DNA of 64,000 bases from Macrostomum hystrix (taxonomy: Eukaryota > Animalia > Platyhelminthes), in assembly GCA_950097015.1 (NCBI GenBank), contig CATNEN010000005.1:5518001-5582000 (forward strand), written 5' to 3'. Positions 1 through 11,585 of this stretch are shown here, piece by piece. The number at the start of each line of letters is the position of its first letter. Position 1 is the stretch's first letter. Made by a program: the position numbers and the translations under genes. The notes beneath the pieces are model-generated. The model made no database searches. It saw only the letters and a list, made by a program, of their open reading frames with translations, and was not told the DNA's origin.

Positions 1-1224
1 TGCACTTGGTTATTTGTCAAATTGCGAAAAAGAACTTTACACGGTCAAATCAAAAAATTGTTTGGTTATTAATGGTTTAAACAAAAAAGTTTACTGATAA
101 ACTGGTTAAAATGAATTTGAATAGCATATACTGCTCTTAAATAGTGTCTGCAAAATGTAGCTTATACGACTATATGGAATGGAATAAATAAAAATTTTAT
201 TGGACTCAACTATTTATTTAGATGCGATTTTCACTTTCAGCTGAGAACCATATACTAACGTCAACTGGATACAGTAGACCTATCAAAATTATTCTTAAAT
301 GACTACGACGCTGTCGACTAACGATGCAATATAATTAGTCGTTTTATTAGACATTAATTCGTGGCGTAATATGCATAATTCGGGGAATTATCTCCATACG
401 TGCACTTGGTAGAGGATACTTAATTTGCAAGTTCGTACCTATTTTCTTACCTTCGTCCAAAATTAATGAAAAGAGGATTTGTAATAGTTTTTATGCGGTC
501 ACACGAAGATTAGACCAAGTTTAAACTGTTTTTCTCTTCAGTTGAAAAATCGTGATTTATATACTTATTTTAAGACTATGAGTCCACGAGTAGGTAGAGT
601 GGAAAAAAGTAATGAGCAACAGACGCCAAGCATTTGGTCTTGCAACCTAGCATAGTAGAACAAGGGGGGAGACAAACGTCAAATAAAAACAGAAAGGTCG
701 CAAAATAAGCTTTCGGACGTCTGTTTAGTTGAGCTAAAACTATGTGAGAGGACTTCAGCTTGTCTAACAAATAAGACAGCTAGTAGACTACTTCTATTGT
801 GGTCCAGGTATACATGTCTTTTTATTCAATAAGAACGGAAGAGATCCTACTGATGTATGACAAACATAGTATCCGTGCAGGTGCTTAATTATTTCCAGAG
901 ATCAGGTGAAACGCTCTCGTGTATTTAACTTGATATTGGAGAAAAATCTGAATGGGATTTCTTTTGATAGAATGTTGAGATAGTAAAAAATGACTATTGG
1001 ATTAAGGCATACGAAGAAAATTAAAAAAATCATCTCAGATGACTTGTGGATTTTAACGTGCCAAAATTTCTAACCTACATAGGCAGTAAATCGAGCAACC
1101 TGAAAATACACCTGGAACATCTAAAACGATAGACGTGCACTTTGATTTGTTATCTACCAACACATACTTTGTTGGTTACTTAACTACAATAAAATTCGGC
1201 CTCAGAATCATTCTTAGAGTAGCT

Positions 1225-1281
1225 TGAGGTTAAGAGTGGCTTGATGGTTAAGAGTCGCTTGATGGTTAAGAGTCGCTTGAT
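1225..1281. repeat. 3 x 18-bp tandem repeat (TTGATGGTTAAGAGTCGC) just downstream of the FReD stop
   Basis: Direct reading. Confidence 0.8.
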
Positions 1282-1323
1282 TCCTGTCGTACATTCTGTC
1301 AGGTAAAGATCGACTGCTCAATC

Positions 1324-3020
1324 CTAGTAAACCAGCATCTCGGCCTCCTTCAGCGAATAGTAGGGTCCGTATGGCTTCATCCAGTTGATTCCAAGAGCGT
1401 AGCCTGTGCTAACAGCACCTGGCCAGCTGTGGTACTGGCCATTCAGGTGAACGGCAAAGCAGCTATTGAACCACCAAGCTCCTTTGAACCAATCGGCACA
1501 GTTGGTATGTGATTTATCGTTGTCTTTATCTATTGTGCTAAACGGTTGGCCGTTTGTGATGACAATGTCGAGTCCGTCCCATGGTGTAGTGAACGAATCG
1601 CCGATTCCGTAACTGCCAGAGAAGCCGGACACGCTTAATTGAAATAGTTTATCTGGAGAGTCAACAGAAAAGCTGGAGTACATAGCCCAGCTCTGGCTAT
1701 TGTTCCACGATTTCATCAGGATCAGAAGCTTTCTGGGCTTCGGATTGGTCAGATCATAGAGACTGTTTAGGCCTGCAATGTAAATTTAAACAAAAATGAT
1801 GGATTATAATTAATGTTTCGTTTCTCAATTTTCTTGCGAACCGTGGTTACTATTTTAATTTCACTTGTGCGTGATCAGGTTATGGTAACGCATAAACCAT
1901 TGTTCAGCTGGTTTAGATGATTAAAAGTAGAACTATACCAATGGGGTGGAAATTCCCCGTGACAATTGTTTGTGCTGCACCCGAACGGAGCAACGCAAGC
2001 ACACAAAACTCACCGAAGAACACGGGCCAACTGTTTGTTGCGCATCTTCTGAAACAATAATCAAGTTGCCAGCCTTTCAGACCGTCGAGATACTCAATGG
2101 TTCTGGCCGAAGGTAGGATTTTTCCCTTAAGCGCTAGTGTATTAATTTCATACACCCCTAGACACGAGTTAGCACTGCGCCTCAGTGCGGCCATGCCAGG
2201 CCTTCCGCAGAGAGGCCACATTAATTTGGGGCGCAGCCGCGGAGAGAAGGCTTGGGGGCTTGTCATGCACTGCCTGACGATGAGAAATTCAGGGCAGATG
2301 TACACACCTGTGTGCGGGTGTGCTCAGGAGTCAGCAAAATGGGTAAGAATTGCCTCCTGGCTGGCCGCGGGTCTGCTGTCACGAAATGATGTGCCATTGC
2401 CCGCAGCCATCCTGAATTCTTAATTATTTTTAAGTTATTATGAGCAACGCTATTCTATAGTTTAGAAATATTGCTATGGTCCTTAGTGGCATTAAAAGTA
2501 CACTCTGTTGCGCGGATCCTAGCCATTCGATATCTCAACGCTGCTCACCAATCCAGTAGTTGCCATCCGGGCCCTCGCCAAACCCAGCCACGTACTCGGC
2601 CCAAATGCGTTGGAAATCCACCGAGGCTGACACCCGGTGCTGCACAGTGGTCCAGCACTCCATCGCATACTGTCTCAGCCAAACAAATGGATTCGACAAG
2701 TTTGATGAGCTTCGACACTTCCTGCATCCGGGGCCGCCAGGACCAACCGCAGCACGTGGCGGCAGATCTTCAAGGCGACAGGCGTAGGCGCGGCATTCGC
2801 CGATGCTGCGGCTAAATGTTGCCAGTCGCGCCGTGGCCGAGTTGAAGGCAGAGTCGATCCAGGCCAAGCAATGCGACAGCTGGACTACATTGCGCCGAGT
2901 GGCTAGAAGTGAGTAGTCTTCCAGATCGTCTCGAGTCTGTAGCCAGATTAACTGTCTTTGAGCACAGCTGGCTGACTTGAGGATGGCTAGATAAAGGACA
3001 ATGAGCACTGAAATATGCAT
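1324..3020 (-). CDS. Secreted fibrinogen-related (FReD) protein, 2 exons (3020-2549, 1772-1324), 306 aa
   Basis: Signal-peptide-like MHISVLIVLYLAILKSASCA; FReD motifs WTTVQHRVSASVDFQR, NYWIG|LNSL, FSTIDKDND, C..WFKGAWWFNSC, LNG; phase-1 GT..AG intron 2548-1773 joins the exons in frame (921 nt). Confidence 0.9.
1925..2195 (+). repeat. Dispersed repeat family Z fragment in the FReD intron
   Basis: Aligns by eye with 19890-20160 and with the reverse complement of 4700-4820. Confidence 0.75.
2196..2430 (+). mobile_element. SINE family A, 5'-truncated copy
   Basis: Shares the body GGCCACATT..GGGGCGCAGCCGCGGAGAGAAGGC..CTGCCTGACGATGAGAAA with 3385-3728 and 23283-23640; TTA-rich tail. Confidence 0.75.
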
Positions 3021-3384
3021 CTCAGGGACTTTCTGTTTGTTGCTGCGGCTTCGCAGAAATATCCAGCTTCTGAGGAAGAGCTTATACATACCATTCGCCA
3101 GCCAATAGTAGCTCGTTGCTGGTCTGAAAGACTAATGGTTGTGTTGGGCAAATAAAGCTATCTAATTCCTGAGATGACATGAAATTGATTGCTCTATACC
3201 TTTTATCTTTGACAAAAATTGCGTCGATCCAGAGCCGAGCTCATTTACATGGCGCAAATGTTATAGGTGCATGAATAGGCAACACAGAGCGCGCGCATTT
3301 GATTCCTCTTTTTAAGATAATAATTTGATAATTTGATAATTACGCATTTTTTATTGCTTATTACTTACCTACTACTTTTTGTTA

Positions 3385-3728
3385 ATAGTAGCTTGTGTAG
3401 CTTAAGAGCACAGGGGTTGAGTGACATCCTGAGCTCGATTCCACGGCCATGCCAAATTAATTTTGGGCGCGGTCGCGGAGAGAAGCTAGGCTTGGCGGCT
3501 TGTCGTGCGATTCACGCCCTTGAGGGCCAACTTCCAAGGCACAGAGAGAGTGTACACTGCCTGACGATGAGGAATTCAGGGCAGTTGTACACACCTGTGT
3601 GCGTGTGTGCTCAGGAGTCAGCAAAATGGGTAAGAATTGCCTCCTCGCTGGCTGCAGGTCTAGTGTCCCCAAATGATAGGCCATTGCCCACAGCCCTCCT
3701 GCAAGTCGTTATTAGTATTATTATTATC
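3385..3728 (+). mobile_element. SINE family A copy
   Basis: Degenerate B box (GAGCTCGATTCC), shared body, (TTA)n tail. Confidence 0.75.
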
Positions 3729-4479
3729 AAATTATTTTTGTACTTTGTACAAATAAGGACGCAATAAATTAACAAAAAGTTTTCTGAGACCAACTAAGAC
3801 GGTTTTTCTTGCACAGTCGCAGAGTCAATCAATAAATTTCTGGGCTGGGCAAACCAAGCAAAGTTTAATATTGATGGGCAGCATAAACGAGCTCTTATAA
3901 GCTGATATTTCCCACGATACTCGATTTAAAAAATTGTAATGTTCTCCAGAAAGTGAAAATAAATCTAACAATTTTCGCGTGCATATTTAAGCAAGAAAGT
4001 CCTTGCTGAGTGCATGCCATGCATTGTGACTGATGCTAAATATATATCCTTACAATGTTTACTGTGCTTGTTGAAACACTTTGCCCTATTCAAACAAAGG
4101 TTTTCAATCAAGGAGTCGCGCGTTAGCTCGTAGCTCTGGAACAAAATGAATAATTAATTCCTATAAACTTTTAACCGCTACAAACTAAAATATAAGGATT
4201 AAAAAATGAAAATTCCAGAAAATTCTTGCATTTTTGCCTACACTAAAACACTTTTACGTTACCTTTCATTTCTGGTTGAAAAAATATGAATTGTCGCATC
4301 AAGCAAAGTCGCCAAATCAATCATTAATGTCTGCAATTATTGATTTAAAATTAGGTGAACAAAGTTATGCTGCAGCCAAAGCTTTGCTCTGCTGAACATA
4401 TAGTTTTCATTTTCCCTCGTTTAGTCAGCATTCACATTTACTGTACTCCTCAGGAAAGACTGAATGCTAAAAGCGTTGG

Positions 4480-4820
4480 GTGGTGACTGATTGGTTGACA
4501 GACTAGGCGATGGTGTACTGTGGTTGAGCTGCGCCTAATATTTTGGCTTGATCAGTGAAATTTTAGAAATTTGTGTCAGGGTGTCCATAGTGGCCTAGTG
4601 TTCCTGTTGAAGCCCTTGAAGGTCCAGCAAGTCCGTCTAGATAAAGGTAGGTGACCACCGAAGACGGAAATGATGCAGGCACATTCGGGTGACATGATGA
4701 TAAATTTTGAAGGCCTGGCAAGGCCAAAACCGTTGAATATCTCGACGGTCTGAAAAGCTGGCGACTTGATTATTGTTTCAGAACATGCGCAACAAAAAGT
4801 GGGTCCGTGCGAGGCAGCGA
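4480..4820 (-). repeat. Dispersed repeat family Z, inverted copy
   Basis: Reverse complement of about 19970-20400. Confidence 0.75.
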
Positions 4821-5884
4821 ATAACTATAGTATGTTTTTCTTATTTGAATTCCAGCCACTTTTTCTTCCTCACGCGCTAGTTACTTATCGTAATATTCAC
4901 GCAATACTCTTTGTTCGTTATATGCGCGCACTCAAGCATGACATGCACCCACCCCAATTTTGGTATATATATACAGAGAAGAATTTTATACGTTCTCTAC
5001 GCTTTTGCTCTACGTTCGATACAACCTATATTAAATATAAGCGATTCCACTTCCTACCTCTTTCCCTGTTTCGCTATTAAATAAGCCGAGTTCCTTAATT
5101 TTTTTTCCTAATAGGAGTAAAACAGATAGATCCCTTTTACCTTCCCAATCCTCTCCCATTGATCTCTCATCGGCCTTCGTCACCCAAATCCACCCTATTA
5201 TATGACCCCTTTACAACCCCAATATACCGTCCTAAAATCCCATCTAAAAGTCCACTTGAAGTCTATCTGAAGTCCACCTAAGGTTCCGTAAAGACCCCCT
5301 TGAAGTCCCAAAACTACGCCTTTATCTCCCTAATGAAACTGTACTAATTCCGGACCCCATAGAGGAAAGTAAGTGAGAGTGCGAAGGACGTTCACCAGGC
5401 AACTTCGATCCATCCTGATACGCCCCACGGACAGTGTGTCCCAGATCAGTGACCTTAGTCCTCGTGCCAGCAGCAGTAGATTCTTCTCCCATTGTTAGTA
5501 GCTAGTGTCTTGCCGCTCGGGCATTAGCGCTAACTTTATAGGTATAACCCGAACTACGAATAGGAAAAATACCTATTCTCACCCTCAAAACTTACGCTAC
5601 CATTCCCCCCAAATACTCAGCTCACCAATCCCAAATCCAACAAATTATTAGAGAGCTGAGAGGTCTGCTACACGTGCTCTTGAGTTTCGTGTGCTTGCGT
5701 TGCTCCGTTCGGGTGCAGCACAAAAATTGTGGAGGAATCCCTCGTGGTAGTTCTAAATATGCTCATGTTGGTTGCAGTTGAAACATGTTTTCCCATTCAA
5801 ACAGAGGTAATTTCTATAAGCATGAGTCACGCGGTAAAATCTGATAAGAAATGGTTACAGGTCGAGCTTGAAAAAATCTGGCGT

Positions 5885-5990
5885 TTTCCCCATAGATTTA
5901 TATATTTCACGAGTGCAGATGCCATAGACGCACGAGTTAGTGTGCGGGAAGAGCAGTTGTCCATAGACAAAGTCATTCCTGCACGGATGC
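5885..5990 (+). mobile_element. Orphan Crypton-like terminal sequence
   Basis: CCATAGA at 5890, 5922 and 5961, the last followed by GTCATTCCTGCACG, the motif that flanks the recombinase gene at 9.0-10.9 kb. Confidence 0.5.
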
Positions 5991-6099
5991 TACGCAGAAG
6001 CGGCACAGCCATGGATGAAAAGTTATATTATTCATCCATGGGCACAGCTCACAGCAAAACGGCAGAATGTAGTGACGGGTATAATTAGATTGGATAATT

Positions 6100-6474
6100 G
6101 GATAATTATTGAACGCTTACGAGTGCGTCAATGGGAAAAGCGCGAAGCTTTCGAAGCATGTCGAAGAAAGTGTGCCCTGCATTCGACCCGATGCCGCTTC
6201 CGATGCATCTGTCCATATAGGCAACTTAAACCGTACTATGCCTAGCAGCTCGGCGGAAAAGCCATCCATGGCCAGGCTTTCGATGTTGGCCCTGCTCAGC
6301 GACGAAGCAGGCGAAGCGCCATCGACACCACGTCGAAGGAAGCCGGAGAAGATGACGGAAAAAGAAGAGTTGGTTCTCGAGTTTCGCCTGAAAAGCTGCG
6401 CCTGGAAATCCGAAAACTTGAACTCGAGCAGCAAGATGATATACTATGCTAAAGCTGTTATTTTTCATAGCTAA
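6100..6474 (+). pseudogene. Possible degenerate Harbinger accessory (Myb/SANT-like) gene C-terminus
   Basis: Frameshifted EKLRLEIRKLELE coiled-coil tail, convergent with the Harbinger transposase; N-terminal domain not recognisable. Confidence 0.3.
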
Positions 6475-7418
6475 ACCCCTATCTTTCCCACATATCATTC
6501 TTCCAAACTAATATTTCCCCAACTTCAAACTTCCCAACATCTCATCTTTCCCATATTCCCCGCTGCCTAACTTCCTTATGTCCCCTTTCTCCCCACATCA
6601 CCTAGTCCCGACTTCCCTTCTGTATCTTCTCTTCCCCTCTTCCCTAAACATCGGTGCTAGATACAAGTCACAAGCGACAAACTTGCCTCGCAAAATGGGC
6701 GATAAAGTGTAATCGGAAGCGAAAAGCTTAGAGGAAAACAAGGGAAAATTGCGGCAGAATTTCACCAGGACTTTTGTTTGATATACACAGTAAGGCAGGT
6801 AAGCACGGTATAAAAAATAGAATAGCTCTGCCAAGTAACACGATATCATAAAAAATGTTAAAATCAGTGATGTGTCACTAATGCATAGCATTGCAAGAAT
6901 GCACCGCTGCTTTAATCATTTCCGACGTTGTAAACGAACAGAGAACTGTATAAAACATGCTTCATCTTCTACTATACTAACAATGAAAATCTTGCTTGGG
7001 GATCATGGTCAACTTGGGGATCATTGTCAGCTGGGGGATCATTGTAACTTAAAAAAAGCTGAAACTACAGCTGCTAAAAAGTATATACTGGACGAATTAA
7101 AAATATTTCTGCTCCCCGAATGGGGGCAAAACTTGCTAGCACTATGCTAAAGCCGTTATTTAGATTGAATGAACACCGAAAAACGCATTGTGTTGTTTAC
7201 ATTTGTTGCATCATTTATTCACGCGCTTATTAGTTTCAGTGTTTATAACAGTGTTTATCAATTAATTTAAAAGCTTTAACTTTCCAACATACGACAGGAT
7301 TAAAATTCAATAACGCTGTGTTCGCAAAAGTTGCATGCATAAACGTTTAACATTAACATAAAAATTTGTTCTTTAACATGCTTTTCAATAGTTAGTTTCT
7401 GTTATCGATTCAAATCAG

Positions 7419-8477
7419 TCATTGGAATAATTCAATAAGTTGTCTCCGCCGGTTGTCGTTTGCGTTCACTACTTCGCCCTCCATGGGTATATCGATGCCC
7501 ACCACCAGATGCAAAAGCTCTGCTGCCAAATTTTCGTCAACTTGTCCTTCAAGTTGAATGCAAAGATTGTGCAGAACAACACATGCCTTGACTATCTCAG
7601 CAGAGTAAACAGGACCTTGAACGCGCAGACCATTGAGACAGGGGAAGCGCAATTTTAGCAGTCCGATACTGCGCTCTACGACTGATCGCGTCTTCTTTTG
7701 AGCCCTGTTAAATACGGCGGTTGCTGGAGGCAGATTGTCGCCTAGAACAGGTGGTATTAACCAATCCAAGCAAGGGAAAATACTGTCGCCGAGTATGACG
7801 GCTCCTGGGATTGGACGCCATTGCTCCATCTGGAAACGTGTAAACAGACTGCTGTTGCGCAACACCCTTGCGTCGCTTACACTTCCCGGCCATGATGCGT
7901 TGCAATAATAAAATTGATGATCTGGTCCGCTCACAAGTAGCACATTCAACGAGTGTTGACCTTTACGGTCCACGAACTGGTTTTCGTGAAGTCCAGGTTT
8001 CTTAATGGGAATAAGGGTCCCATCGATGAGTCCACAGACAGAAGGCATTCCTGCGATGTTAAAGAACTTCTGCACAACGTTGTTGATGTCCGGCCAAGCA
8101 ACGGTATGGTGAAAAAGCTCAGAGTTAATGGCAGTCGTTACGCGGCGCACAACTCTTGTGACAGACGACTCGGAAGGCCCGTGCGCGTCTCGAAGTACGT
8201 GGTAGAAGCCGTTAGAGGCGTAGAAACGCAATGCGGTCAACGCTTGCTCCCTGGCACTCAATTGACCACTTCGAACACTACCATACTCCAAGGTTGGGCG
8301 AATTCGTTCGAGCAGATGCTCGAACGTAGGTGGCAACATTCTAAAGCGCTGTCTAAAATCCCAGTCGTCGACGAAGTTCACGCGCTCTCGAAATTCCCTT
8401 GGACGCGGCCCGGGTTCCTCTTCGAGCAAATTAAGGGCGTCGTATATACGAGCGTAGGCAGCTCCATTTCTTGCCAA
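7419..8477 (-). CDS. PIF/Harbinger DDE transposase (HARBI1-like), intact 352-aa ORF
   Basis: GLIDGTLIPI, GSVSDARVL, ILGDSIF, RSVVERSIGLLKLRF, IVKACVVLHNLC. Confidence 0.93.
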   Translation of the reverse strand: MARNGAAYARIYDALNLLEEEPGPRPREFRERVNFVDDWDFRQRFRMLPPTFEHLLERIRPTLEYGSVRSGQLSAREQALTALRFYASNGFYHVLRDAHGPSESSVTRVVRRVTTAINSELFHHTVAWPDINNVVQKFFNIAGMPSVCGLIDGTLIPIKKPGLHENQFVDRKGQHSLNVLLVSGPDHQFYYCNASWPGSVSDARVLRNSSLFTRFQMEQWRPIPGAVILGDSIFPCLDWLIPPVLGDNLPPATAVFNRAQKKTRSVVERSIGLLKLRFPCLNGLRVQGPVYSAEIVKACVVLHNLCIQLEGQVDENLAAELLHLVVGIDIPMEGEVVNANDNRRRQLIELFQ

Positions 8478-8724
8478 CTAAGTACGAGCTAGGATGCTAA
8501 GTTTTAACCGTGGAAAATGTGGTTATTTTAGCAGCGCTGGTATGCTCCTGAAACCAACCGTTACCAGCCCCCGAGAACACCATACTTTGAACCATAGACA
8601 TAGACGTTCTAAATCAATACAAGCAGCCTCAGTTTTACCAGCCAATTCGTGAAACCACAGCTTACCAGACTGCTAAAGTTCGCCATGAAACCAAACTTCA
8701 AGTAGCTGCGGTTATTTACCAGTT

Positions 8725-8749
8725 ACCAGTTGCTCATGAAATTGGTCCC
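8725..8749 (-). mobile_element. Putative Harbinger 5' terminus (GGGACCAATTTCATGAGCAAC)
   Basis: Harbinger-like GG(G) start with adjacent CAG/CTG; matching opposite end not found. Confidence 0.4.
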
Positions 8750-8929
8750 TGCTGGGGGTGTGGGGGCAAAGCCCCCACATTCTAACCATAGACAAAATTC
8801 ATATTAAGAATAAAGTGTGGAGGGAGGAAAGAGAGAGATTTAAAAATACATCTATTTTTGTGCTTTTTTATTTCACGCCGACATATAAGATTAATTCATT
8901 CTCTCTCCTCCCCATACATTTCTGCCATG

Positions 8930-11100
8930 TAAGGACCATAGACATATGGATGAAAATGTTATATACTATATAAAATTAAATAGTTGTTTTGACTATGTCG
9001 AAGCAACCAGCTCATAAATAAAAAATGTCATTCCTGCACGCAAGAAATTAGACTGGGAAGAAAAAGTTAAGCTTTAGAATTGCTTTCTAAGTTCGTGCTT
9101 TTAAAAATGGCGAGTGTAATTAATTCAAACTTGGCGGCTTGTGGATTGTCCGCCGTGGAGACGTTTATCGAGTCGGTAAGCAGCAAATTTGAACGCGAGA
9201 TCGCCAAGCTCACTTGTTCGCAAGAAGGAGTTACAAGCAAAGTTTTGGACGAACTGATGTCTGTGGATCCGAATTCTTTGTGCAACATCGATGAACTTGA
9301 AAGCTTGGCGGCTAAGCTGGAACGAGAAAATCAGTGCGAGTCAAGCGTTGCCAAGGAGAAAGCTTTGTGTCTTCGGTTTCCAGATTTTTTGCGGGAGAAC
9401 AACATTCACTTTGACTTTGAGACCGTGACTCCTGAGCAGCTTGCGAAATTTCTTCGTTATTTTTACGCCGCTCTGAAGAAGCCATCCTATTCACCCAACA
9501 CAATGTTGGGAATGCGTGCCGGACTTTATCGGCACTTTATGAAGCTTCGCTCTTTGGACATTATCTCTGCCGCAATTCCATTCGGCCAATCTGACATTGA
9601 AACATGCCTGTAACGAATTCCTGCGTCTTAGAGGAAGAATCAATCATTTCTCGGCCATTATAACGGACGACCTGTCTAAACTGCACACCTACTTCGATCG
9701 GAGCGGTCCAACCAAACTTCAGGATGAAGTGTATTTCAGTATTCTATTTTATTTCGGTAACCGGGGCCGCGAATGGCTCAGAGGACTGACTGCAAAGTCG
9801 TTTTCTGAGAAGCGTCTGGCTGAGGGACGAGTGGCCATCGTGCTTCAAGTTGGAACCAGTAAAACTGTCCATGGATCAACGGATTTGAGGCAGAGCGACG
9901 ACCCAAAGCAAGCAATCATGGTGGCCGGGTCCGATCAGAAATCGTGTCCCGTTGAAGCCTTTCGCGTGTATTTGCGGAAGATCGAAGCAGTGCCTGGATT
10001 GAACGGTTCGGACTTTTTTTTCTGCGACCGAAGCAGCTGGTTGTCTCGAATGGCCTGTGGTATACGAAACAGGCAATCGGAATCAATACGCTCGGACCAA
10101 TGCTTAAGCGGATATCTTCCAGTGCCGGGCTGTCGAGAAGCTATACGGCGCACTGTGTTCGACCCACTGTAGTCACTGAGCTCCACGAAGCTGGATATTC
10201 GACAGAGACTATCGCCAAGGTGACTGGACACAAGGTAATTTCTACGTGCTATTTCTGTATTTTCTTGTCTATCTTAAGCCGCACAATTAAATGCTTTAAA
10301 TATTTGAGATTTTTTCTATATACTCTCTCTTGCATCCTTCTTAAATATTTGAAACAGGCGAGCGCCTCAGTGGAGCGGTACATCAGACAGGGAAAAAAGA
10401 GACAGCATTCTTGCCAAGATGAGCAGCCAGCTGACCGAGTCACTCGCCGGTCGTGCGCCACCAGCACTGGGAGGCTGTGGCGACAAACATCCAACCGCAA
10501 CTGAGGCACCGGCCAAACAATTTTCGAGTGGCGCCTGCGATTTGCGAATTGCCGGTCCGGCTAAGAAGATGATCGAGGATAGTAGCCAACGGTTCCAGCA
10601 ACGTAGTGGAATTCTTTTTTGAGTAAGGTTGCGTGACTCCTTAATTTGTTGCCGAACGCAAAATTTTTGCTTGCTGTCTTATTTGTTGAAGTTTATATAT
10701 TTGCAATCCTAATTAGTCTTTTTCATGTTAAGTTTTGTTAATGTTATTGAATAAATACAACTAAATAATCAAATACATATAAATAAATTGTTTGCATGCA
10801 GGAACGGAGAGTGTCATTCCTGCACGATGTCCGTGTGCAAAACAGTGGAGATTTGGCCATAGATTATTTCATTCCTGCACGACTGCCTTCATTCCCGCAC
10901 GCTGGCTCAAATAAGAATGTTTTTTTGTGGAGCCCGCACGAAATAAAGCTAAGGCTTGAAAATGAAATCTGCGATGTAATCCACGATCAGCGTAAACGAA
11001 TAAAAATATTGCTGCTGAAATTGTGATGGTGGATTCCGAAATGAACGAACACACGCTTAAACACACACACGAACAAACGGGTATACGCTTAAACAATCAG
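8930..11100 (+). mobile_element. Crypton-like tyrosine-recombinase element 1 (boundaries approximate)
   Basis: YR pseudogene flanked by a 15-bp direct repeat TGTCATTCCTGCACG (9026-9040, 10812-10826) and CCATAGA motifs (8936, 10857). Confidence 0.75.
9107..10622 (+). pseudogene. Tyrosine recombinase (Crypton/DUF3504-type), about 3 frameshifts, intron 10235-10357
   Basis: YFGNRGREW (R), HCVRPT (HxxR), VTGHK|ASASVERY (H, Y); GT..AG intron restores the motif. Confidence 0.85.
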
Positions 11101-11585
11101 AGTTTTTTAAGCTAAAAGAGAGAATTTATGAAACAGAAAGAAACATTTCACGACAATGAGCGATCAAGATAAAAAACACGCGCTTGTATCAAGGAATCCC
11201 GATGAAAACGTTACCGTGATAAGAGTCGCATTTGAATCGTTTTAAGTGTGGCTAGAATGGCTAGAATGGTTTCTGAATCGTTTTTGAAGCGTATCTGATG
11301 TGATTCAAATTTTCACACAGTTTCTGCAACGTTTTAGAACGAGTTAAATTATGCTTCCTGCTACACAGTATTTGTGTCGGTTTCCCACCCGTCACGTGAT
11401 ATTGCATTTAAATATGCTGTCGTAATTAATAAGCTCTAACTCAATTTCACCTCAGTTACAAAATATTTTATCTAGAGGCTAATTTAAACAGGCCCAACCC
11501 CAGCCGAAGTGACTTATTAAAAATACACACTACAAAATGCGATGCATCTTCTTTATCTATCCTCAACTAACCCAACTTTGAAATA

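Noticed and set aside
2270-2300. Hammerhead ribozyme in SINE-A
   Set aside because: Only 3 nt separate CTGACGA and GAAA, so stem II cannot form
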